From Bacteroidota bacterium (GTDB lineage Bacteria; Bacteroidota; Bacteroidia; M30B66), in assembly GCA_947460255.1 (NCBI GenBank), contig CANHIS010000007.1, positions 4,221 through 68,220 of the forward strand: 64,000 nucleotides of DNA. Direction: 5' to 3'. Each line of letters opens with the position of its first letter. The stretch's first letter is position 1. Below are positions 19,401 through 26,787 of this stretch, piece after piece. Position numbers and translations under genes: made by a program. Below the pieces are notes generated by a model. The model worked only from the letters and a program-made list of their open reading frames with translations, ran no database searches and was not told the DNA's origin.

Positions 19401-22298
19401 GTAACCAGGGATGTTCGCCATGCTATTCACGAACTGAATCGTGTCGCTACAAGATGTAATTGGATAGGTAATATTTGGAATTAATGGAGGGGTCAAAATA
19501 CTTCTCATTCTATTCGCAGAACAACCTAAAGTATCCATGTAGCTTAATTGCACCAAATAGGATGAATTAGAATTTTGGAATTCGTGTATAACCGTGAACT
19601 CATTTGATGTAAATCCATCACTGAAAGTCCAAGTTAAACTGTCAATAATTGCTTGGTTTACCGGACTTACGGTTACTTCTGTTACTTCACATGATAAATT
19701 GGAAGATATTGTAAAGTCTGGCACTCCTCCTCCAACTAGAATTGTTTGAGGATAACTAAATGTATCTACACCATAAGGAGTATTGGCCACGTAAACAACA
19801 TTGTAAGAACCAGCTTGCGTGTAAACATGCACTGGCATTTGTGCATTAGAGATTGTTCCATCTCCAAGATTCCAAAATTGAACTACATGTGAAGTGTCTT
19901 GTCTGAAAAAATGGATCGTCGTTGGAGCGCAAACGATCATTGGTTCTAATTGAAGAGCTGACCCAGGAGGTTCGGAGCCCCCCGATGCCGTCTCTTCACT
20001 TAATGCAACTGCCTCTTCAGCGAAAGCGCTACCAAAACTTGAAAGTGTGCAATTTGCCGTTGTAATCGTAAGTGTAACTACATAATCTCCATCTGTTTGG
20101 TATATGTGAACTGGGTTTTCTTGTGTGGATGTTGTTCCATCGCCAAAATTCCACAACCACCCTGTTGCGCTTGAATTGTTACTGGTGAAGGCTACTTCCA
20201 AAGGGAAGGGTGCTTCTGGATCGTAATAACTAGTAAAATTTGCGAACAACGATCCGAAATTCACCGCATTAAAGCCAACAAAAGAATAAGTGCAACCTAA
20301 ATCTGTAACTACATTCAAACTCGCATGGTGAATATTGTTGTTGGGATAAGTATGTGTTGGGAGCGCTTCTGTTGAGGTAGTGCCGTCGCCAAAATCCCAT
20401 AAATACGAGGCGATATCGTTTGTGTCAACATTAAAAGTAACAGGAAACGGCGGACAAGCATCGTAAGTCACCGAGAATTCAGGAATCGAGCCTTCAACAT
20501 GAATCTGTTGAAAGATGGGATAATTGAGCATACAAGGCGTTCCATTGTCTATTAACAATGAAACCGTGTAATCTCCTGGTTCACTGTAGGTATGCGTTGG
20601 TGAAGACTCTGTCGACGTAGTGCCATCGCCAAAATTCCACAAATAGGAACTCGCAGATTGATTCCCTAAATCAAATGATGCATTAAATGGAGCACATGCA
20701 TTTACTGTTGGAGGAGGCGTGTAACTGGCTTGAGTATATTCTACATCAAGTAAATTTTCCATCACCAATGTGTCTCTGCATCCACTGCCATTGATGGCAA
20801 TCAAAGTAACATCGTAATTCCCAATTTGATTGATTGAAATACTTGGATTGACCTGGGTACTTGTTGCGCCGTTTCCAAAAATCCATTGGTAACTTGTTGC
20901 CCCGGTGGTTAAATTTGTGAATGACGTATTTAACGGCGGACAATTAACCGAATCAGAAACACTAAATGCTGCAATTGGGCCTGCTGCATTTACAGAGTTT
21001 AGTTGTGTTTGGAATGCAGAACAACCTTGGGCATTTGCAGCGGTTAATCGAACCCAATGCACACCAGAATTCATAAATGTATGGGCTGGTTCAAATTCAG
21101 TTGAACTTTCGCCATCACTGAATTGCCATAAATAAGAAGTCGCGCCTGATGAGTTGTTGTCTAAACCGATAGTTAGTGGAGCGCAACCTGTAGCATTTGA
21201 AATGGAGAAGTTTACAGTTGGCAGAGCATGTACAGTGATCAGATCGTTCTGAGTTGTTGTGTAAACACATCCATTGGGCATTGTTGCAGTGAGGGAAATG
21301 TCGTAAACACCAACTGTAGTATAGTTTACGTTAAATGCTGCTGCTTGAGATTGTTGCCCATTTCCGAAGTTCCACTGAAATGCAGCGGCACCATTAGCTT
21401 GAGGAGAACTGAAATTTACCAACAAAGGCCTACATCCAGTGGTTACATTGGTTGTTATGCTTGGTACAACTGGTGTTTGAACCGTAACTAGGTTGGTGCG
21501 TGTGATCGTATCAAAACATCCAAAGCCATTTCCAACAACAAGTGTTACAGTGTAAACTCCTGGATCAGAATAGATCTTTCCAGGGTTAGATTGTGTTGAA
21601 GTTGTTCCGTCGCCAAAGTTCCACAAAAACGTGGCGGCGCCAATGGAATTTGATGTAAAAAGAAATGGCGTTGAAGGTTGACAAACACTGGTGGTGTTTA
21701 CAGTAAATAGCGCTGTTGGAACAGGATTGATTACAATTGGTTGAGGAAAGTTAAATACCGACTGACAGCCAACCGAATTTGTTGCGAGTAAACTTACATT
21801 ATAAGATCCAGGGGTGTCATAAATTTTAATCGGATTTGTTTGCAATGATGATGTGCCGTCATCAAAATCCCAAAAAACATTCACTGCCCCAGTTGTAGTA
21901 TTGTTGAAATTGAAATTTGTTTGGTCTTCGCAGCCAACAGATCCATTTAGCGTGAATGCAGTTACAGGACCGGGTAGCGCCGAAATTGCCATCGACTGTG
22001 TGCTTGTTTGACCGTTCGCACTTGTGGCTGTAAGCGTTACATTGTAATTACCCGAATTTACAAATACATTTTGCGGGTTGGGTAGAGTAGAAAAATTACC
22101 ATTCCCGAAATTCCAATTAAAGGAAACTGCACCAGTTGAAGTGTTCGTGAAATTCACACTGTAAGGCGCACAGCCAGCTTGGCCTGATGCGGTAAAGCCT
22201 GCCACAGGACTTTGAGCCATAAGCCCAAATGCCGAAAACAACAGCAGGATTGTTGCTAAATACCGCAATTCTATCTTTTTAAAGTACAATTTTCTCAT
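16473..22298 (-). CDS. Giant (1941 aa) cell-surface protein with about 15 tandem PKD domains followed by Fn3-like domains. No recognisable T9SS C-terminal sorting domain
   Basis: Signal peptide, then repeated ~85-aa units with the PKD signature (…F.F.DGTTST..NP.H.Y…G.Y.V.L). The C-terminal third contains WxP…Y.Y.V-type Fn3 units. Confidence 0.9.
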   Translation of the reverse strand: MRKLYFKKIELRYLATILLLFSAFGLMAQSPVAGFTASGQAGCAPYSVNFTNTSTGAVSFNWNFGNGNFSTLPNPQNVFVNSGNYNVTLTATSANGQTSTQSMAISALPGPVTAFTLNGSVGCEDQTNFNFNNTTTGAVNVFWDFDDGTSSLQTNPIKIYDTPGSYNVSLLATNSVGCQSVFNFPQPIVINPVPTALFTVNTTSVCQPSTPFLFTSNSIGAATFLWNFGDGTTSTQSNPGKIYSDPGVYTVTLVVGNGFGCFDTITRTNLVTVQTPVVPSITTNVTTGCRPLLVNFSSPQANGAAAFQWNFGNGQQSQAAAFNVNYTTVGVYDISLTATMPNGCVYTTTQNDLITVHALPTVNFSISNATGCAPLTIGLDNNSSGATSYLWQFSDGESSTEFEPAHTFMNSGVHWVRLTAANAQGCSAFQTQLNSVNAAGPIAAFSVSDSVNCPPLNTSFTNLTTGATSYQWIFGNGATSTQVNPSISINQIGNYDVTLIAINGSGCRDTLVMENLLDVEYTQASYTPPPTVNACAPFNASFDLGNQSASSYLWNFGDGTTSTESSPTHTYSEPGDYTVSLLIDNGTPCMLNYPIFQQIHVEGSIPEFSVTYDACPPFPVTFNVDTNDIASYLWDFGDGTTSTEALPTHTYPNNNIHHASLNVVTDLGCTYSFVGFNAVNFGSLFANFTSYYDPEAPFPLEVAFTSNNSSATGWLWNFGDGTTSTQENPVHIYQTDGDYVVTLTITTANCTLSSFGSAFAEEAVALSEETASGGSEPPGSALQLEPMIVCAPTTIHFFRQDTSHVVQFWNLGDGTISNAQMPVHVYTQAGSYNVVYVANTPYGVDTFSYPQTILVGGGVPDFTISSNLSCEVTEVTVSPVNQAIIDSLTWTFSDGFTSNEFTVIHEFQNSNSSYLVQLSYMDTLGCSANRMRSILTPPLIPNITYPITSCSDTIQFVNSMANIPGYSFLWNFGDGTTSSVGSPFHFFSEEGIYNVTLQYTTSEGCELTYALPQSITFANPLPTHTINGPIEGCAPLTTTFENTTPNSGNTAWFWADGYWSLGGWNGINYGLPVTRTFTIPGVYGVQQRVSSSILPTCGIQVWIDSVVTVYGANADFSLTQSGLCIPIDAQFTSLSPDAVEWNWDFGNGYTSDQQNPSMTFLTDPADSVTLSITTIHGCTDTHTEVGINILEPVIGAVYTGNCNPLPVQFSATTDGMVSWEWDFGDGTTGTGPTPTHMYTADGNYAATVIVTTIENCRDTVTMQVPILVNGPTAGFNSPTPANCAPSVVEFFDLSEEAVAWFWDFGDNTNSTVQHPVKLYDQPGVYDITLVVTSAAGCTDTLFMADYVTVLGPATSFSVSAQSACIGSPVQFTDLSNGSVEWEWNFGEGNTSTIQNPTFTYQDTGSFVVTLFSADTLGCSAFYTIPLAIQINPYPVASFTASDSSDCAPLMVEFTNTSSGASTYNWSFGSAGSSTSENPSMSFDSPGLYDVSLISTTQFGCSDTFTVSGFQSLLVPIAGFNINESEGCTPLSVTFNNTSFQTQNPSFNWAFGNGITSQEINPTNVYYDPGFYTVNLEVINQNGCSDTLSLPSFIQVYDTLPAPPTPILRVSVSGPESVIVEWEQSVAPDFGAYELYGKNQTSSDWVLLTTIDQSHILSYTQTGLNTFDNVYCYRLVTRDRCGYSVDIDNLIDHCTVNIEVLTLENNTIQADWSPYIGKTVSQYRVYRSEENGDLPVDLGTVPGDVLRFTDSTIYCPASYRYSVVAEGLNGQSHVESNSDFDLSAPIDNLFENQQVDMARSTVIDDESILTEWPVPAIMGDKVTGYQVYRSTDNENFTLITTVPSYQTEFVDHQVNVFKNKYYYAVLATNSCNLVGREGESSDNIVLKAEAQDDLFIRLDWTPYEGWGAHGVGFYMIERQNIDGSWEVLKTVPGSVLTSVDEN
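18100..22210 (-). repeat. In-frame tandem PKD-domain coding repeat array within the giant surface protein gene
   Basis: Recurring WNFGDGTTST / WDFGDGTTST motifs at ~85-aa spacing. Confidence 0.8.
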
Positions 22299-22308
22299 AG
22301 CGCATCAA

Positions 22309-22779
22309 TTAATTATCCCCAACTCCCTCAGCAACAAGTGTTACTGTTCCGTTTTCATCAGGCAATGGCATTCCGTTAATACCGATAGCTTTTACGGTGT
22401 ACACAAATACATCTGTACTTGCAATCGCTTCTCCTTGATATTTCCCATCCCACAAGTCGGAAATGTTATTGCTTTCAAATACCAATTCTCCCCATCTATT
22501 GAAAATGCGAAGGTTGAAATCAGTAATATTTTGAGCTTTAACACCAAATTTATCATTCACTCCGTCCCCATTTGGCGTAAATGCCGAAGGGATGTACAAA
22601 ATGGCTTTCGGAACTGCCTCTGCAGTATTCGATAAACTAGAAATATTCGTGTTGGCCGCTTTGAAACCTGTAACGCGGTAGCGCTTCATTCCATCAGGTC
22701 CGGTTTGAGCTTCAGCGCTTTGCTGAAATCCAAGACCTGCAAAAAACAAGATCAACAAGTAAAGTTTCAAGGCATTCAT
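22309..22779 (-). CDS. Small secreted protein consisting of a signal peptide plus a T9SS type-B sorting domain (gliding-motility-associated C-terminal domain) only
   Basis: Signal peptide MNALKLYLLILFFAGLGFQQSAEAQ. The C-terminal ~95 aa match the type-B CTD consensus (IPSAFTPNGDGVNDKF…FNRWGELVFES…WDG…TVTLV). The gene sits 10 bp upstream of the PKD giant. Confidence 0.8.
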   Translation of the reverse strand: MNALKLYLLILFFAGLGFQQSAEAQTGPDGMKRYRVTGFKAANTNISSLSNTAEAVPKAILYIPSAFTPNGDGVNDKFGVKAQNITDFNLRIFNRWGELVFESNNISDLWDGKYQGEAIASTDVFVYTVKAIGINGMPLPDENGTVTLVAEGVGDN

Positions 22780-23070
22780 CTCTTATCTGTATTACACACA
22801 GTATTACTGAATGTGCAACCCCTTAGTTTCCTGAAAAACCCTTGTCGAATAACGATTTCTTACAATTGCAATGAAAAGTGATTAAATAAGGATAATTTGC
22901 GAACCACTCACAGCTAATGCATTTATTTTCTGATGCTTAAGAACAACCCACTCACAAATTAAGCGTGTAAGTTTCTTTTGAATTTTGACATAATTAAGCA
23001 ACTCAACATGCCCCTTTTGAAGCACTAAAAATCTTATCGTTAATTATTGAGTTAGACTGCTGATCTGTTT

Positions 23071-24207
23071 TTGATTCAGGAATATTCACTTATATTGCTT
23101 GCTGCAAACTCCATGAATAGCGCAACTGTAAATATTTATCGGCGAAAGATCAATCTAGGTAAGCCAATCATGTTAAATGAATTGCTGGCTGGCTGGCAAA
23201 TTGCAGAACTATCATTTGCAGATTCAGCTCAGATATTGATGGGCGATCAGAAATTTGCACTTCTTTTTTATGCTGGCTCTTCTGAGGAATTGGTAAGAAT
23301 TTCATTGGAAATTCATCATGCAAACCCTGGAATCCAAATTATCGTGATCGGTGATCAGGTTCCTGGAATGGCCATTTTTCATAGTAAAGCTATATTGGCT
23401 TTGCAAACCTCCGAAATTTCACAGCTACCCGATTTACTTAACGAACTGCTTAACGGCCATGCATCCGCTAGTCAACAAGCGGCTCTTTTGGAATTGAAAG
23501 AGAAAAATACAGAACTCGAAAAAATCAATTTCGAACTTGACCGTTTCGTTTACTCAGCTTCACACGATTTACGTTCACCGCTAACTTCCGTGCTTGGGTT
23601 GCTTTACTTGTTGCGCGTAGAAGTGAAAGAAGAAGGCGCGCAACGGTATGTTGATTTGATGGAAGAAAGCATCTTGAAACTCGACAATATCATACGCGAC
23701 ATTGTTGCTTATTCTCGAAATAATCGCACCGAACTTCAAATCGAAAAGATCCAAATGAAGGATTTGATGGCTGACGTGGAAGCTGGATTGCGGTATTTAG
23801 AATCTCCAGGGATAAACATCCACGATTCGGTTAAAGTTGAACACGTGAGCGAATTTCCAAGTGATAGAAATCGTTTGATGACTGTGCTCAACAACCTTAT
23901 TTCTAATTCTATTAAATATCGTCATCCTGCGCGCAATCCAGAAGTCTTTGTATCAGTTGAAACGGGAGAAGAGTTCGTAACGCTCAAAATTCGAGACAAC
24001 GGAATCGGTATTAAAGATTATCACTTGGGTAAAATATTCGACATGTTTTACCGCACCAGCGATCACAGTACCGGTTCAGGTTTGGGCCTTTATATCGTGA
24101 AAGAAACCATCAAGAAACTCGGAGGCTCTATCGATGTAGAGTCGGAAGTGAACCAAGGCACCCAATTTATTATTCAACTTCCTGCATCCTATCAGGAAAA
24201 TCTTTAG
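23071..24207 (+). CDS. Cytoplasmic sensor histidine kinase (HisKA + HATPase_c) with an N-terminal domain of unknown type
   Basis: H-box SHDLRSPLTSV. N, G1, G2 boxes (…NLISNSIKY…DNGIGI…GSGLGLYIV). No TM segments. Exact start uncertain. Confidence 0.85.
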   Translation: MIQEYSLILLAANSMNSATVNIYRRKINLGKPIMLNELLAGWQIAELSFADSAQILMGDQKFALLFYAGSSEELVRISLEIHHANPGIQIIVIGDQVPGMAIFHSKAILALQTSEISQLPDLLNELLNGHASASQQAALLELKEKNTELEKINFELDRFVYSASHDLRSPLTSVLGLLYLLRVEVKEEGAQRYVDLMEESILKLDNIIRDIVAYSRNNRTELQIEKIQMKDLMADVEAGLRYLESPGINIHDSVKVEHVSEFPSDRNRLMTVLNNLISNSIKYRHPARNPEVFVSVETGEEFVTLKIRDNGIGIKDYHLGKIFDMFYRTSDHSTGSGLGLYIVKETIKKLGGSIDVESEVNQGTQFIIQLPASYQENL

Positions 24208-24209
24208 TT

Positions 24210-24602
24210 ATGAAATCTGTGCATACCGTAGCCATCATCGAAGACAATCCGATCGATGTGTTTATCAATACAAGAGTCATTGAACAAGCCGAACTTGCAG
24301 AAGAAATCTTACCATTTAACTCAGCACGTGAAGCGCTAAACTATCTCAATAGCTGCGCTGAGTTAGGAAGCATGCCTCCTGAATTGATTATTTTAGACAT
24401 CAGGATGCCTGACATGGATGGTTTCGACTTTCTAGAAGCATTCGAAACAATGCCAGAAACGTTGAAGCAATATGTGAAAATTGTAATGCTATCTAGCTCT
24501 CTTGATCCTGTTGATCAATCCCGTGCGCTCAGCCATTCTTCGGTTGTGGCGTTTATCAGCAAACCACTTACTAGAGATAAAATCCTACAATTCCCGATAT
24601 AA
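24210..24602 (+). CDS. Stand-alone CheY-like response-regulator receiver protein
   Basis: VAIIEDNPIDV…LIILDIRMPDMDGFDF…MLSSSLDPVDQ. A 2-nt spacer separates it from the kinase. Confidence 0.9.
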   Translation: MKSVHTVAIIEDNPIDVFINTRVIEQAELAEEILPFNSAREALNYLNSCAELGSMPPELIILDIRMPDMDGFDFLEAFETMPETLKQYVKIVMLSSSLDPVDQSRALSHSSVVAFISKPLTRDKILQFPI

Positions 24603-24603
24603 A

Positions 24604-24632
24604 AAAAGGCAACCATTTCTGATTGCCTTTCG
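24604..24632. terminator. Rho-independent terminator (strongest on the - strand for the coiled-coil gene)
   Basis: AAAGGCAA-N9-TTGCCTTT hairpin. The - strand reading is followed by a T7 run. Confidence 0.55.
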
Positions 24633-24652
24633 ATTAAATCTTATTAACTGGC

Positions 24653-25645
24653 TTATTTCAACTCGAAGTCTGTTGTACCGATTTGCACGCCTTCTGCGTA
24701 AATCTCAACGGTGTAACGACCTGCCACAAGTTTCTCCTCCGACTTAATATCCCAATTCATGCACAACTGCATCACCTTGTTGTCGTAGAAAATATTTTTC
24801 TTAATACTGTAAGGAATCTCATTACCATTCAACAACGTGATCTTTGAACGATCACCATCTGTAAACGGTTTCTTATTTGGATCCTTAATAACAGCATAAA
24901 GAGCTTTCTCTTGCTTGTCGGCTATTTGATTGTCCATCACCGTGAAACATACACGGATACGGTCAGCCTTGCTTGCCTTTGTTGTTGGCTTTTCTTTCGT
25001 CCCTCCGCTGCTTAAACGAACGGCATCAGCATACACTTCGTAAGTCTTCAAACGCTTGGCTACATCTACAGTTTTAACAAGTTTACCATTCTCTTCGGTA
25101 AGCTTGGTGTTTTGAGAGTTAAGCTCTTCTAATTGCTTTGTTGCTCGGAAGTTCTCATTGGTGAGCTCTTGATTTTTCGCTTTCAACTCCATAATCACCG
25201 CTTCGTTCTCATCATATGCCTGTTGAAGTTCTTCCATTCTAGCACGAAGGTTTTTCCCTCCTGGGCTTTCTGGAGATCCTCCACTTGCCTTTAATTTTTC
25301 ATAATCGCGCAGAAGGGCAACAACTTTGTCTCTTTCTAAAGTTAGCTCTGTACGCAGACCTTCATGTGCTTGCATTAAGCTATCGTACTTTGCTGTTAGC
25401 TCCTGCAATTGAGCACGATACATATCAATATCTTTGCTCGCTTGCTCATGCTGCGATTTTAATCCTTCAGATTCCTTTTTCAATGTGTTAACCTGAACAA
25501 ACAGATATGCTGAAAGTAGGCCCAACAAGGCAATTACTATAAATAGGATGATAATAAGGCCTCTGCCTTTGTTTTCCTTATCCTGTTGTTCTTCCGCTGG
25601 TGCAGTATTCTCCATAATTGAGGTGCAATAATTACTTTGACGCAA
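24653..25645 (-). CDS. Membrane-anchored coiled-coil protein with a C-terminal β-rich domain; function unknown
   Basis: Single N-terminal TM (LIIILFIVIALLGLLSAYLFV). About 150 aa of heptad-rich sequence, then a globular C-terminal domain. The start could be the internal Met at 25615. Confidence 0.7.
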   Translation of the reverse strand: MRQSNYCTSIMENTAPAEEQQDKENKGRGLIIILFIVIALLGLLSAYLFVQVNTLKKESEGLKSQHEQASKDIDMYRAQLQELTAKYDSLMQAHEGLRTELTLERDKVVALLRDYEKLKASGGSPESPGGKNLRARMEELQQAYDENEAVIMELKAKNQELTNENFRATKQLEELNSQNTKLTEENGKLVKTVDVAKRLKTYEVYADAVRLSSGGTKEKPTTKASKADRIRVCFTVMDNQIADKQEKALYAVIKDPNKKPFTDGDRSKITLLNGNEIPYSIKKNIFYDNKVMQLCMNWDIKSEEKLVAGRYTVEIYAEGVQIGTTDFELK

Positions 25646-25766
25646 AGATATTTTTTTTTGAGTGCCAATTGAAGCCTTGAAAGTAATTCCATACTTTTAC
25701 ATCGAAATTCACTGTAATGATTCGAAATTCAGGCATTTGCACTGTATCTGAACAAACGCAAAAGCC

Positions 25767-26450
25767 ATGCTCAGAGATTGTTTACATCTGTTTTTTCCAA
25801 GAATTTGTCCGGCCTGCAATGGTGCACTGCAGCACCATGAAAGGATAATTTGTTTTACCTGCCGCTCTACCCTGCCAAAAACTGGCTACCATTTGCAGCC
25901 CGACAACCCCATTGCCCGACTTTTTTGGGGCAGAATACCTATTCATACGGCTGCATCTTGCTACTTTTTCAAAAAATCGGGAAAAGTGCAACAGCTTTTG
26001 CATGAACTCAAATATGGCAACCAGCCTGAAATAGGTGATGAGATTGGTGAACTATACGGTTCTGACTTGATTCATGCTCCATTATTTGCTGATGCCAACT
26101 TCATTGTTCCGGTGCCGCTTCACGCAGCAAGATTGGCGGCTCGGGGTTACAACCAGAGCGAAACTTTCGCCATCGGACTTGCCAGAGGCATGCGGAATTC
26201 TGCATTAAATGATTTGTTAATCCGAAATTTGCACACCGAAAGTCAAACACGAAAAAGCAGATTTGCAAGATGGCAAAATGTGCAAGAGGCCTATTCGGTT
26301 GATCGACCTGAAAGGCTTCAAAACAAGCACATTATACTTGTAGATGACGTCATTACCACAGGCGCCACCATTGAAGCATGTGCCAAAAGACTCTTTGAGG
26401 CAGGAGCAGCCAAGATCACCATTGCAAGTATTGCTGCACCGGTGATGTAA
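25767..26450 (+). CDS. ComF family protein (phosphoribosyltransferase domain)
   Basis: N-terminal double Zn-ribbon (CPACNG…CFTCR). C-terminal PRTase PRPP-binding motif (IILVDDVITTGATI). Confidence 0.85.
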   Translation: MLRDCLHLFFPRICPACNGALQHHERIICFTCRSTLPKTGYHLQPDNPIARLFWGRIPIHTAASCYFFKKSGKVQQLLHELKYGNQPEIGDEIGELYGSDLIHAPLFADANFIVPVPLHAARLAARGYNQSETFAIGLARGMRNSALNDLLIRNLHTESQTRKSRFARWQNVQEAYSVDRPERLQNKHIILVDDVITTGATIEACAKRLFEAGAAKITIASIAAPVM

Positions 26451-26459
26451 CCTCAAGAT

Positions 26460-26786
26460 TTATTGAAGGCGAGGGTTGTTTTTGTGTCGATCCGCGTCGC
26501 GCTTGGTTTTCTTTTCCATGTTCTTCTCCATTGCATCGGTTAGGTCCACGCCAGTTTGATTGGCCAAACAAACCAAAACGAAAAGTACGTCAGCCATTTC
26601 GTCGGCGAGCTTCGATTCATCTTCGCCAGCCTTGAACGATTGTTCTCCGTATTTGCGGGCCATTATTCGGGCCAACTCGCCTACTTCTTCCATTAATACC
26701 GCTGTGTTGGTGAGCTCGTTGAAATAACGAACGCCAACCTCCTTAATCCAACGATCTACTTCCTGTTGAAGCGCCGAAATTTCCAT
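26460..26786 (-). CDS. MazG-like nucleotide pyrophosphohydrolase (small single-domain)
   Basis: EEVGELARIMARKYGE…EMADVLFVLVCLA pattern of the MazG/NTP-PPase all-α fold. Only 2 bp downstream of secA. Confidence 0.75.
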   Translation of the reverse strand: MEISALQQEVDRWIKEVGVRYFNELTNTAVLMEEVGELARIMARKYGEQSFKAGEDESKLADEMADVLFVLVCLANQTGVDLTDAMEKNMEKKTKRDADRHKNNPRLQ

Positions 26787-26787
26787 C

